From assembly GCF_964204645.1 (NCBI RefSeq), contig NC_134033.1, forward strand, positions 15,322,655 through 15,386,654: a DNA stretch of 64,000 bases. The letters run 5' to 3'. Each line of letters opens with the position of its first letter. Position 1 is the stretch's first letter. Positions 48,701 to 64,000 of the stretch are shown piece by piece. This stretch comes from Tubulanus polymorphus. Taxonomy: Eukaryota > Animalia > Nemertea. The translations under genes were made by a program, and so were the position numbers. Below the pieces are notes generated by a model that saw only the letters and a program-made list of their open reading frames with translations, ran no database searches and was not told where the DNA came from.

Positions 48701-49926
48701 TACTAAAGAACGCACACCATGGATCACAACCCGACTCACGATCCTACACACCAGGAATTACTATAAGTCACTAGGAGAATTATTTGCGCCGTCGTGACTC
48801 AACTGCTAACGACATTTTCCAAGGACACGACTAAATCGGGCGGAAACAAAATACATTGGTGGAAATAATGTTCCGTTCCAGGGTCGATAACCAGGCCCAG
48901 GTATCAGTTATTTGTCCCAGATTGCATTTACCGACTGACTGCATCATTACCTTATCTAACGAGTCTAAAATGGTTTTTAGAAAAGGCAAAAACGTTTTTT
49001 TAGTTGGCCATGAAGTATTAGCTATTAAGGTTGCTATAAATGGCGCAATGTGATCCGTATTATTTCGTTATTTTCCTTTCCTATTCAACTCTTTAATTTA
49101 TTTAATTCCATTATAAGGGCTGCGTTATTGTACAAGTAAACTGTTGCTTCAAGCAGTCCTTCGTTTAATATTATTACATCTTTAATGTATTCGTTTATTC
49201 ATCAATTCTGTAAAAATTTTATACGCAAAATTAATCATATATCATACATAATATATCATATATCACATATCATATATCATACATCATAAATCATATATTA
49301 TAAATCATATATCATGTATCATATTAGAAAGAATTGTTCTTGAAATGTATTCAACTGTGGAACTGCGTGTCCGGAGACATCGAGATGTCACAGCTTTAAT
49401 TAAGTTCAGTCATTTAATTATCATCAAAGTGAACATTCATTGTATATACAAAAGCTTACAGTAAAAAATCTCACTCTTTTCAAAAATGTTTTTAAGAATT
49501 CAAATACAAAAGTATTCATGTTGCATAAGTCTTTGCGCCGGTTCGCTTTTGGTTCAGATTTTTTTGTATCTGTTTGTTGAAAAAAAGAACTATGTGTTTG
49601 TGCGTTTGTGTTGCGAAAAAAAAAACAATTTTCTGAAGTCGATCTCGTATTTCTGGCTCGAGTGCCCTCGACTCAAATCAAACAAATAACTATGTGTGTT
49701 CTTCAGAAAGGATATTGACTGAATTTTTCACGATGGTTATCAAAAGATATTGCTTCCCCCGAAATCCCACTTCAAGCGCCGTTATTCACTGCACGGCGTT
49801 AGAGAATATATATCTTCATCGTTTCAGTAGATTGGTTATTAGAAAAAAAAAGATTGATCGATTCAAGAAACTCCTACGAGACGAAACGTTGATCTTGTGA
49901 ATAAGTGTTTGCTTTTCTCGGCAAAT

Positions 49927-52900
49927 ATGAGTTTCTGGTAAGTGTGCCTTTTTGAAATTAGTTTATCATTTACGTTCTTGTTTAATTTAGAGTTCCACAG
50001 TTCTGAGTTAAAATTTAACTCCGAGTTAACTAATTGAAAATGAACTAATTTTAACTCAGAGTTAACTCTAACTCACAACTGTGGAACTGGGTCCTGCAAA
50101 ATTACGGTCCCAACAGGGTTGGATCCAGAGGAACTTGTGACACTTGTACAAGTTCATCAAATCTTTTCCTTTTGATAACAAACGAAATTGTTGCAAAGTG
50201 CGACGATAAACCCGATGTTGCTTTTTTGGACATCAAAATTTGGGACTTCACCAGTCCTTCAAAATTGGCCTCTGGATCCGCCCCTGACTTAGAAAAAGAA
50301 AAACAGCTGAAAGTACTTGGAACCGAAAGCATAAGATGAACTTCATTTAAAAGTAAATGGACCCAGTTTTCCGATTAGTTGTGTGAAATTCCTCTACATT
50401 TGAAGTCTTTTGAACTCTTGACTTGAATTTACAATTGGTGAACTGGGTCCTGATGACCGATATTGGATGAAAAATGCCGATCGTTTCCAACAGAATCCTG
50501 TTCCACAGTTCCACAGTTCCACAGTTCAAGGTGACATTGAAGTATTGTACAGTAGAACAGTAGTCAAATTGAACCGGAAGCTGTTGAACTGGGTCAAGGT
50601 CGTTAGTTTAGTTTGTCACGGCATTTCAAATTCGAAACCCGTATGAAGGACGTGAATATGTTCAAAATTTATTTACAAGTTGTCGTTTGCCACAGGCCGC
50701 GGGAAATATTGTGCTATGAAATAAGCATTTTACATAGTTTCTTGGGGTCCACATTTTGAATGTGCCTATTTTTTCACATCTAATTTTTCATTTCGTATTA
50801 AGAAATTCTAGTGAATTTTCATACAATTTCTAGGCACTTGAGTGACATTAAAGACAATATAATCTTCTGTTGTGGATTGATATTCCATAATAGTTTTGGG
50901 TGGAAAAAGTGCCCTGAGAAATTGCGTATTTTCAAAAGGGCAAATGAGAATTGTGACGGCTTCTGGATGCTGTCACTAGGGATCCGCCCCTGGTTATACT
51001 CATCTATACATTTACTGCAACAACGCGATAACAGATATTTCTAATAATTTCATGAAAGTATACAAAGGCACAAAGTCTAGCTGTGGCATGTGAGGAACGA
51101 ATATTACGGCATATACGAGATCGATAATTCATCAATGTTGAAAACTAATACCTGTCTAGAAAAAAAAAACCTAGACAGCACCTAGCAACCTGGTAGATCA
51201 ATAATAACGATTATATCTAATCAATATAATAAACCCTGAAGTCATAGAAATCACTATACCAGACAAACAGACAGAATAGACAGGCAACAAAGACAGATGA
51301 TGTCATTATCAGCCAATCAGAAATCCCGTTTTATTTTAGCCCGGGTTTTCCCATGTAAAGTTCTTCCGTGAAATTTGCCTCAGTGATTATATGCAACGAG
51401 CAATCTGATTGGTGCCGCAAGTTTTCTTCTGGTAAACCTGCGCACCAGGTCTAGCGTGGCAGGATTTCGTGCCGTGGCGAGTCATGATGCCATCAGGTTC
51501 GAATCCCAGCCGAGGCAGGATGGACATATGTAAAATCGTTAGATGATGCTATTGTTGGAGGCAGCTGGTCTAGTGGTTAACCAATGTCTCTTTCCTCTCA
51601 CATATCATATCTTATTCAAAGCTCGATATTGTAAGCTTATTGTAGTACACATACTATAAACCTACATCTATAAATTTAGGTAAATAATTGAATATAGTTT
51701 TATAATGTGCGGTACGTTGCGTCATATTGGTTCCTGGTAATCGCAATAAATTGCATACACAACAACCACTATAACAATTACTACAAATTTCAGAAGTGCC
51801 TCCTCAAGTTTACGATACGTGTAAACACTCGACACTTTGATCAACGTGCAATGTAATTTTCTCGGTGAATTTGGTCGTTGAACGAATTTCGTACCGATAT
51901 CGACGATATCTTTTTTTCGTTGAAATATTTGCACGTACCGTAGATAGTTCGTTTTCAGGGCTACACGGGAACAGCTTGAATGCGGTAATAACCTCGTTCG
52001 GGAAAATCGGCGCGATCTCGCTAGCGATTTTGTTGCGAACCCGGGCTCAATTTGGCCAGTAGACCCAACTATTAGATGCTTGTGCCGAATAAGTCCGCAC
52101 CTGTTTGACACGGGGTGGAAATTTGAAACATTTTCGACGCAAATTTGTCGAGAGGGGGCTTGATAGAAAATTCATGATTACACCTGTTGATGACATGATT
52201 CGTCGAGGATCGTTGAAACCGTGTGTTTTAATGATACTTTGTCTCGTCTCGAGAAATTGTGGAATTTGAAGATCGAATACGAAAAATAATGATCGAGTTA
52301 ATGAGTAAATATTGTAGACATGTCCTCGAGACAATTTTATACCGGTATACCACATTCTATTCCCGGGTCACAAGATCGTCAAAATGAATTGTCCTGGTGA
52401 ATCTCTGTAAGGGTATTTAACGATAGAGTATATACTATTCCCGAAGAAAGGATACGAAGGATACGAAGGATACGTCAAAAATGAATCATTAAGCGTCCTC
52501 CATTTGTTGGACTTTTAGAGGGGCTGCATTGTGACATCGTGACTGATGATCCGGCGCTAGCCTTTTTGAGGGCATACAAACATCTTGCGAGGCATTGGAC
52601 CCATGCGCAATGCGCACAAGAAGGGCTCAATAAAAACAAGAAAGACATAAGGTTATTTTAACAATTCAGAATGATATTTCAGATGAGATTTTAAATGACC
52701 AAAGGCCGTGGCCCTGTCATCAGGTTAAAGGAATAATCCGATAGGGCACAGAAGTAATCGCGAATTGCACCCCGACGCATGGCAAGCGCCGAAGACGCGA
52801 AGCCATCGAAGGCCAGTCTGGGGGTTCTCCCTGAGAAACCTTTGGTGGTCTTCAAAGCTATTCGATGAACATTTTAAAGCGTTTTGTTAATTCTTGTTTA

Positions 52901-55900
52901 TTGCTTGTAAATTATATAAATCGGTAGTTCTATTCATTTGATTCGCTCGCAATCACACACGATGAAAAGACTTGATCCCGAAAACGTTCGCGTTAACGAA
53001 CTGTTACGATTTCTAATTAGAATTAAAGGTTTTAATGTTGTCGCTTCGATGCATATTCGGCTACCTGAACTTAATCTAACTAAAAGTTTGCTATTTGAGA
53101 TAATAATAGCTGGTCAATTTAGCTGAAACCGGCGCCAATAGCGGAAGTTTCTAACGTAATATGTTCGCTTTCGGTGTATATTGTTTTCGCGTAGTGTTGA
53201 TTAACGCTATCGAGTCTCGGCGGGAATATTAGATTCCACAGTAATCCATATAATATCGGCATTAGCGGCCGCCGCGCCGGAGTCCGTCGGGAGAGATGTA
53301 ATAATTAGTTTCGGCTCCAATCCATTGTATAGCGCGGAATACAACCCAGAAAAAAAAACTATAAACGCGGAGTCATCAGTTATAATGAAATAATATACCG
53401 GAAAATTATCGTTATTATCAGTTTAGCCCCGATAACGAAAAAGGTCGTTTAATACGGAAGTAATTTATGAAAAAGATGTGCACTATATTTTATACTATAA
53501 TAAGCAGTTAGTTAGGGCTACAATGGTATTCCCGTAGCTGGACTCTTTCTATTCAACCGTTTGGTGAAAGATTTTGCGATTACCCACTACTGTGGCAATC
53601 AGGGATTCCACGTATGGCAGGCGAGGATCCGCCAGGTTCGCTAGTGGTTACTCGGTTACCGCGCCTCAATTTCTTCCATCAGAATCAACTTTTCTCATTG
53701 ATAAATCAATTTCCAGTAAGGCTATACCACGCGCTCATTGGGAACGTCAATATTATATCTATGTGATGACTTGTTTGACAACGTTTCCATTTGGGAGCCT
53801 AAAAATCAAGTTCAAAGTTCATCGAAAATAGACTATTTTTTTCAGTTTATTGTTACGCCATCTGGTGTACTCTCAACTTGTTACGCAAAGTTAATATTTT
53901 CGAATTTAATTTCTAATTCGTAGCGACAGCGACGTCGACGAAGAGTTCATGAGATTCTGTTCGGTAAGTAATATGGCCGCTAAGCGACCATAAATAATTA
54001 TTTTCTTTATAACAAAAAATGAATTGTCTTATCTTATTTACGTTCTATTTCTGGTCTCAATGATCATTCATTAGTAAATACGATTTAACAAATATCTGAA
54101 AGGAATTTCGAGATTTCGATATCGAAAATGAAATAATCAGAAATAATTTACGATCTTATTTTCTGTTCGGCAGGAATTTTTGCTGGAGACTCAGAAGAAC
54201 ATTCTACAACCAGGTTCGAATCTGGACCTGCAGGAGGATGGAAAACGGATAAGCAAAGTAAATTACTCCGGCCATCGTTATATACCAGGGTTTGATATGA
54301 TAAACAATTTGCTACAATTTTCCTTCTCACCAAAAAATATTTATCTTTGCTGTAGAATTTTCGCTAAACAAAATCGGCAATTCGGCTGGGATTCGAACCC
54401 GATTACTACGAATCAAAACACCGAAAAGCCAATCGTTATCCGCGTTGGTTTAGTTCATTTGCATAAACGAGTTATACAACGCGCTCTCTGATTGGCTCCG
54501 TTTGATTTAGCTCTGAACGAAACGAAATCCCGACAAACTTTCATTGGATAAAGGAGATTAAGGAGATGCTAATCAGTTGATTTCCTTAAGGAAATACTAG
54601 TTAATTGCTCGCTGCACATTGCAAATAATCGCCATTTGACGTTAAACTTTTCAGATCCTGAATAACAAGTACGATCTTAGCGGTAAAGGACCCGGAATAC
54701 TTATCACATGTCTGAACGTGCATTTAGAAAATATCAGGAAATATCAACAGGTTTCGTATCGCATGTAGGGGGATATATACTCGAGATTCACTCCCATCAT
54801 AATCATGAATGTCAGTGACCTTGACTTCTGCAGGTCAAAATGATGTTTTTTTCAGTTCCAAAACAAACTTTCGGAATGTAAAGAAATCAATAGCGAAATC
54901 GAAGACAAACAGTACAACTTCGTATCTGACGGGAAAGATCCGCCAGATGGCGTTTTACAAGTAGGTAAAACTTGGTGATCCCGGTGGATTATTCCTGGCC
55001 ATAAAGGGAATCCTCGATTGCCACAGTAGCGTCGGAGGTTCCGCGTCACTTTATGTATTTTCAATCGAGTGAAAAAATAAATCTTGTATTTCTATCAACA
55101 AATCCCGAACGAAATTTATTTCTTTAAGATAAATCTCGTCGTTTGACTCTTGTAGATTTTATACGACGAATACGTCAAATTGAAGAAAGGCATTCGCGAA
55201 GTTCTGTCCCTGTCTAACGAGGTTTGCCCGATCAAAAAACGGACGGTGCCGTTAATGGAACCGGTGCAGGCTAAAATCATCGCGGCATACGACACGATCG
55301 ATAGAGTGGAGACGAGCCGTGGACAGGATATCAGATTGTTAGAAAATACCGACGCCGTTTATTGGAAGGTGCAATTGGAGGACGGTTCCGAAGTGAAGGT
55401 TCCATCTTTGATCGTATCGGTGCCACCCCCTGATAGTATCAGTCAACGTAAAACTAACAGGTATTAAATAACCTTTGACCCCAGGACCCAGTTGCATAGT
55501 CGCGAGTTAAGTACAAAGGTGACCCTTAAGACGGGTCTCAAGTTGTTAGATTGGCTTTAGAACTAAGATGGTCCTAGACTGGTCGTAAGTTGTTATAGAA
55601 CCAAAATGAGCTTAGACTGGTCTCAAGTTGTTAGTCTATTGCTTATAGGACCAAGATAAGACTGATCTTAAGTTGTTAGGTTGGTTAAAGAACCAAAATG
55701 AGCCTAGGCTTGTCTTAATTTGTAGCTATAGAACTATGATGATGTTTGACTGGTCTAAAGTTGTTAGATTGGTTATAGAGCCAAAACGATCTTGTCTGGA
55801 GTACTGTTGTTAGATTTTGTGTAGAACTTAGTTGTTCAAAGATTAGTCTTAAGTATAAGCATTAGCTTTGCAAGCGGCTTTAGAGGTCGGTTGAAGTACA

Positions 55901-57202
55901 GTAAAACTCGCTTTTATGTTGTCGCGTAGTTGGTACTATTACTATATATATAATCATTGATGAAACACTCCAAAATTTCGATTTTTATGTCCTCAGGTTC
56001 AAAGATGAGGTGGATGAAAACATAGATGCGCTGGTTAATTTCTGTACCGCTAGGGGGCAGCAGTTGTCGTTAATGCAAAATCTCACGAATCTCAAGACGA
56101 ACCAGGTATGTATTATTATTAACTGATCGAAACTGCGAAAAATACGGGATTCGAACCTGATTGACTACGTATCAAAACATTAAAAAGCCAGCCACCGATC
56201 GTCATCCGTGTTATCTTGTTCATTTGCATAAACGAGCATATGTTGAAAATATTAATGATGATGTTGGTGATTTGTTGGTTTTTAAACAGGTTTCTAACGG
56301 ATTGAGCGACGGCGTCGAACCGCGGACACCAGTCAAAAAACCACGCGCTGGAATTATCAAACGGTATTGTTAAAGAAGTCGGATCTTCGAACCATTGACC
56401 TACTTTCACGTTTCTGTACTAAATTTGACGGTACAATTTTGAAAAAATAGATTGATTCTTAATCTGAACTTTGAAACTGGATTAGGGGACCAGTTAAATG
56501 AAGGGACACCGACACGCACCAGATGGCACAACAAAACACTGGGTCATTCGTAGTGATAATCAGTTCATTTTCGATGAAATTTGAACTCGATTTTTAGGCT
56601 TCCAAATCCGATAAAATCAAACGAGTCATCGAATAGAACTGATATAAGATTCCCTTTACTCACAGATTTTACTGAAAATTGATTTACTAATTAGAAAAAT
56701 AGAATTTGATTGAAATGTAGAAGGAATTGATCGAAACGAGGTACCACTAGCGACACCTGGCGGATTATCGCCGAATCCTCGCTTCCCTCACCAGCCTTCT
56801 CGGTATTCCATTGCTTTAGATTACTCAACGTTGATGCAGCGACAAAAACAATTCAATCTTCACCCCGAAAATTTAAACTTTTGAACATGAAAACGAACCC
56901 GGCTATATGCATATTATATTTGTAGGATCATTGAAGTGAAACAGACTTTAACCGAGGAGCACGTGGAAGAGGACATAACAGAAACGTTGAACGAAAGTTC
57001 GTCATCGGGAGAAAGTCGATCGCGATTCACGATCAGCGGCGTCGTCGATCCTCGCGACAACCAGCGTATAATGTCGATACAACAGGCCGTCGAAGAAGGC
57101 GTGGTCAATTTGAGTAGAGGGTTCTACATCAATCCGGTTACCAACGAGTCGATACCGATACCGCAAGCGATGGGCGAAGGATTGATTCAAGTCGATTCGT
57201 AG
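49927..57202 (+). CDS. Small plakin-like protein (partial spectrin repeat, SH3, C-terminal plectin-repeat-like module), about 366 aa, 9 exons
   Basis: Phase-consistent GT-AG exons: 49927-49937 (putative first, ATG AGT TTC TG|gtaagt), 53924-53963, 54174-54257, 54655-54750, 54856-54960, 55156-55460, 55997-56105, 56290-56363, 56926-57202 (1101 nt). Plakin hallmarks are LITCLNVHLENIRKYQQF, the SH3 (VCPIKKR...AAYD...LLEN...WKVQ..DGSEVKVPSLIVSVPPPD) and the terminal ISGVVDP...SIQQAVEEG...YINPVTNESIPIPQAMGEGLI. Exon 1 is less certain than exons 2-9. Confidence 0.8.
51448..51522 (+). mobile_element. tRNA-derived SINE head
   Basis: A-box-like tagcgtggcagg and B-box ggttcgaatccc are present, but there is no complete cloverleaf. 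Confidence 0.55.
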
Positions 57203-59544
57203 TTCGGCGCGTTCTTTTCTAGATTTTGTAAACGGTCGCGAAACGTTCGAATCAGGCGCGGATCCGGGAGGGACTTTGTGAGACCGTGATAAGACCGTCA
57301 ATTAATTTTTGAGCGCCCTCGTCAACAAATGTAATTGGTACGTTCAGAGCGGAAGTACGCTTAATATCACCTCTTTGGACATCGAATTGTCCTCTGGCAT
57401 GTGACTACAAAAGTTCTCAAATGTTTAATGGATTTGTGAGACTTGTAGAAGTCCATCAAGTGCCCTCATTCATTTCTTCAACAAAGATAATTGTTGTATT
57501 TCTGTGCGAGTTCACATAATATTGACTTTTTGGACATCAAAGTGCCCTTTTTGGATGTTTTGTGACAAGTCCATCGAAATTGTCCTCCGGATCCGCTCCT
57601 GCGAAGTCAATGTCAGGTTGATATTGTGGTTTTAGATGTATCCAGAAAAGTTACCTCAACGAATTGAATACGATTATCGGTGATGGTTAAAGTTAGATAG
57701 GTCATGGACGTAACGTAACGCCAAATCGTGGGGGCGGGGGTGCAACTTTACATCTGCAACATTGCACTATTGTCGCACAATTAAGCGCACTGCTGATCCA
57801 GGGCTAAAAACAATCAAAAAGAACTGAACCAGTGGAGGACCTGGCCAACTTTCGAGTAACTGTTGCCTTTGAACTATACAGATTGACTCATTATCAGGTA
57901 AAAGGTCCGGTTATTAAACTGGTAACAACAACCGGATTATCTTCACGCAGCATAAAACTTCGCGGTTTCATTGACCGCGAGTTTCAATTTGTATGTCAGC
58001 GATTTCTTTGAATCCTACGTGGATAGTAAAACTTGTCCATATCTTATTACGTAAATCTATATCTCAACGCTATTCACATTTTAATGTCTATTTATACACA
58101 TACAAATCTTCTTTATAGAATAAATGTTATCCTTCGATTGTAGAACAGTAGTGTTCGGTTGGTTCTTTTTTTGGATCAATGTCCGGTACCCAGACGTAGG
58201 CGGATCCGGGCTACGGCGCTGTTAGCGGTTCACTGTATGCGTAGCTAGGTGTTTAGCGCTACTACCCCTTGAACTGTACTCGCGATTTGTTGAAGTGAAA
58301 AGTTCTATTTTTCTAGTTTTGGTAGACGTAATTTAAAATGATAAATTTGAATAATCGAAAATGGTTAAACTTCTTATTTTCCAATGAATAATATTTCTTT
58401 AACAAGTTAAAATCTCATATTTTCTAGATGCAGAGCAGGATTTGATGCCCAAAATTGACTCATTGCATCTCAGAGCCCTAAAAGATCAAAATTGTCTATC
58501 ATATTGTTGCCCTTCTACAGCTGAGCAGCACTCAAGAGACCTAGGCTAGATCCGTCTGTGAACGACTTGAACTAACGCAGACACAACTCTATTTCTGTTG
58601 AGGAATCACATTATCATTTATTACGTAAAAATTCAAAATATATAAAAGCAGAATAAATCATTATTATGTTTGTGAGGTATAAAATCTACTAAAAACATAA
58701 TTATGTTAGTTAAAATAGAAAATAGAAAAAATATTGCATAAAATCCCTAAAATAGTTTGTAGATGTAAAGTATGATCCCACTTAATTCGAATCATTTCAA
58801 GCCAAATTATCACTGGATTCAAAAACAAATCTTAGAACTATTGCCTGAGTACATAATCATGAACAATACAACAAATTGATTATATTGAGTAAGACGTCTT
58901 TAGACTGATATTGCATAAACATTGACTATGAGAAGATTGAAAACCTGCTGTACAAAAACTTAGAATATTGAAAAAGAAATTTGTTTGTCAAATCAAAAAT
59001 GAAAGACAACCAGATTCTTACTTTTCCCAGAGACGGATAAGAGAGATCAAATACAAGGGCGGATTTAGGAGAGGGGTGGACTAAATGGACTGGTTCACCC
59101 CTTCAACATTTGAATATGCCCACCAGATACTTCTAAATCTTTAAAAAATCGAGAAAAAAATTCCTTTGTAAAGAAAATTCTCAAAAGACTAAAAAATTGA
59201 TATAAATGGACCCTAAGTTTTAAATTTTCAGCGGAAGGGCCACAATCAGAACTCCCAGCAATTTATCACCGACCTCGCATTGCCGGAGGTGCCCTTTTCA
59301 AATTGAGTGTTTATTTCAATTTTCAGGTTCAGCCCTTTTAAGTAATCTTGATACGCCTTCGAAATGTGACGCAAAGATTTGTGTCCATGAATTCCTGATT
59401 TTGATTAACTTCCTTTTCAATATTTCGAACTTGTAGTTGGGTTATTATCTTAATATCTATTGTCCCGCGTTTGAGACCAATGTCCTTGAGATTCTTTATG
59501 AAAATCAAACACAAATTCTGCCATTGAGGTTGAGCTGATAATCT

Positions 59545-62359
<2,815 letters not shown>

Positions 62360-64000
62360 CTCCTTTTTTGTGAATGATAAGAAACGATTTGAAAAAAGAA
62401 ATTGCTGCGATTTGCCGGTTGTGTCACGAAGAGGCATTCGTATGATGGATCAGCTCGTTCGATTGCTGTTTTATAGATCCGCGACGGTACAAAAAACTAG
62501 AGAGGTTTTTTACCGCACAAAAAAACTTCATCAACAGGGAAGTAAAATGCGTTCGCTGTATTTTTCTCTGAAACGATACGCGGAATCCATCGATTCCAAA
62601 GTGAATCGATGCTATTTCCATCCGCGCACGTACAAAACAAGCATCCGCGTGACCGACTAGATTTAAAAAAAAACCCGGTTCGGTTGTGTTCACCGTATTA
62701 CGGCGAGAATCCCGTGCAATCGGTGACATTTTGCCACGGGTAAAAGAATTATCGTTTTTTCAAAAATCGAATCGATCAACAATGTGGAAATTCGGCGATG
62801 TGGTTATCGGGATTTTTATGAAGATAAATATCCCAGAAGATGAAATCGATGAAACGTCAGTGTTGGGTTATATTGACCAGTAAAATTCACTATTCTAGAA
62901 TATAGACTGAACCTGTTTTGCCATTGAAGAGACACTATTTCGTGTTGTAACGATTAAGTTGAGAATCCCACACTGATAAAAACGAAAGATGCGTAGTTCC
63001 GAAAAATTCCCTACCTGAAGAATATGACGACTAGGTCATAGTCGAAACGTCGAACGAATAAAGACATCAGCTAGGCCTATATCGGAAATTTTATCTGATT
63101 TATTATTTGCTTGGTTGATTCGGTCTGATTTGATTCGGTGTCGCTTACAAACGTACCTCACCTGCCGGTAGCGAAACAGGGTTCGAATATTGACAAATAT
63201 CGCAAACCTCTGCCTTCCTTGGTACGGGCCAAATCGGTTACAAGCCAATTTATAAACCGCTCGAGAAGTCGTTTCAATTTAATGTAGCAATGTTCCGAAT
63301 GTCTCAGACCAGCTTAGTTCTATGGCCAATCAAACAACTTAAGATCAGTCTTAAGATTTGAGACCACTTTTTGACTTAAGTCACGACTGTGCAACTGGCC
63401 CAGCTCAAGTTAGTTAAAGTTTACCCTAAGTGTTCGAATTCAGTTCATTTTGCAACGAGTTAACACTCTGAGTCACATGTTAATTCGCGACTGTAGAATC
63501 GGGTCCATTATTTCATAAAAATGATTAACACAAAGTTTCATAAAAATGATAAACTCTCAGATCGATTAAAGATTGAAAATCGATTTAAGAATTACATCGT
63601 TTTATTGTACCGTACGCCAGAGGTTAAACTCGGCATGAACTGCTGCGCGCGAAGCTGTGACTGGCTCCATCTAGCGGATAAGACATGAAAACGGAAGAAA
63701 AAGAAATGTAAAAACCCTGACTGATCAGTTTATAACTGTGAGTTTATTTTCATTACTACAGTTTATCAACTAATCAATAGGTGGCGTGATGTACGCTATT
63801 TATCAGACCAGGTTTTGATCGTTCATTCAAGTACATCTCACACTACAGAGGCAAGTGTATATTTATGCATAGTAAAAATACATATATTTCATCGTAACAG
63901 ATTGTTAAAAATCATATTCAGAAGCCTTTTTTTCGATTTTCACTCTAACTACTTATATACTTGTGACACAAAACTTATAGAAAGTGGGAAAATAGTTTTA

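Noticed and set aside
53946-53957. Peptide FMRF in mini-plakin exon 2, near FMRFamide-receptor-like genes
   Set aside because: It is followed by CS rather than G-K/R, has no signal peptide and occurs once, so it is coincidental.

Overview
AT-rich, intron-containing animal genomic DNA. It is probably an invertebrate, and the repeat and GPCR content looks lophotrochozoan-like, but that assignment is inference only. Exon structures were reconstructed by hand from GT-AG boundaries and reading-frame phase. (1) Positions 1-12 kb are non-coding and repeat-rich. (2) A complete 15-exon PEX1 peroxisomal AAA-ATPase gene lies on the minus strand (CDS 23090-12920, 1232 aa). (3) A cluster of intronless rhodopsin-family GPCRs (FMRFamide/peptide-receptor-like, possibly chemosensory) occupies 31-43.3 kb: three intact, two disrupted and one possible decayed relic. 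(4) A 9-exon plus-strand gene encodes an unusually small plakin-like protein of about 366 aa (partial spectrin repeat, SH3, short linker, C-terminal plectin-repeat-like module). (5) A convergent 5-exon minus-strand gene encodes a secreted protein of about 210 aa. It resembles the first FN3-like ectodomain of IL-17 receptors (IL17RD/Sef-like) but stops without a transmembrane or SEFIR region, so it is a candidate soluble IL-17 decoy or binding protein. The non-coding DNA holds many MITE families, LINE/SINE relics, minisatellites derived from those elements, several Penelope-type minimal hammerhead ribozyme motifs (one split by a MITE) and many CTCF-like motifs.
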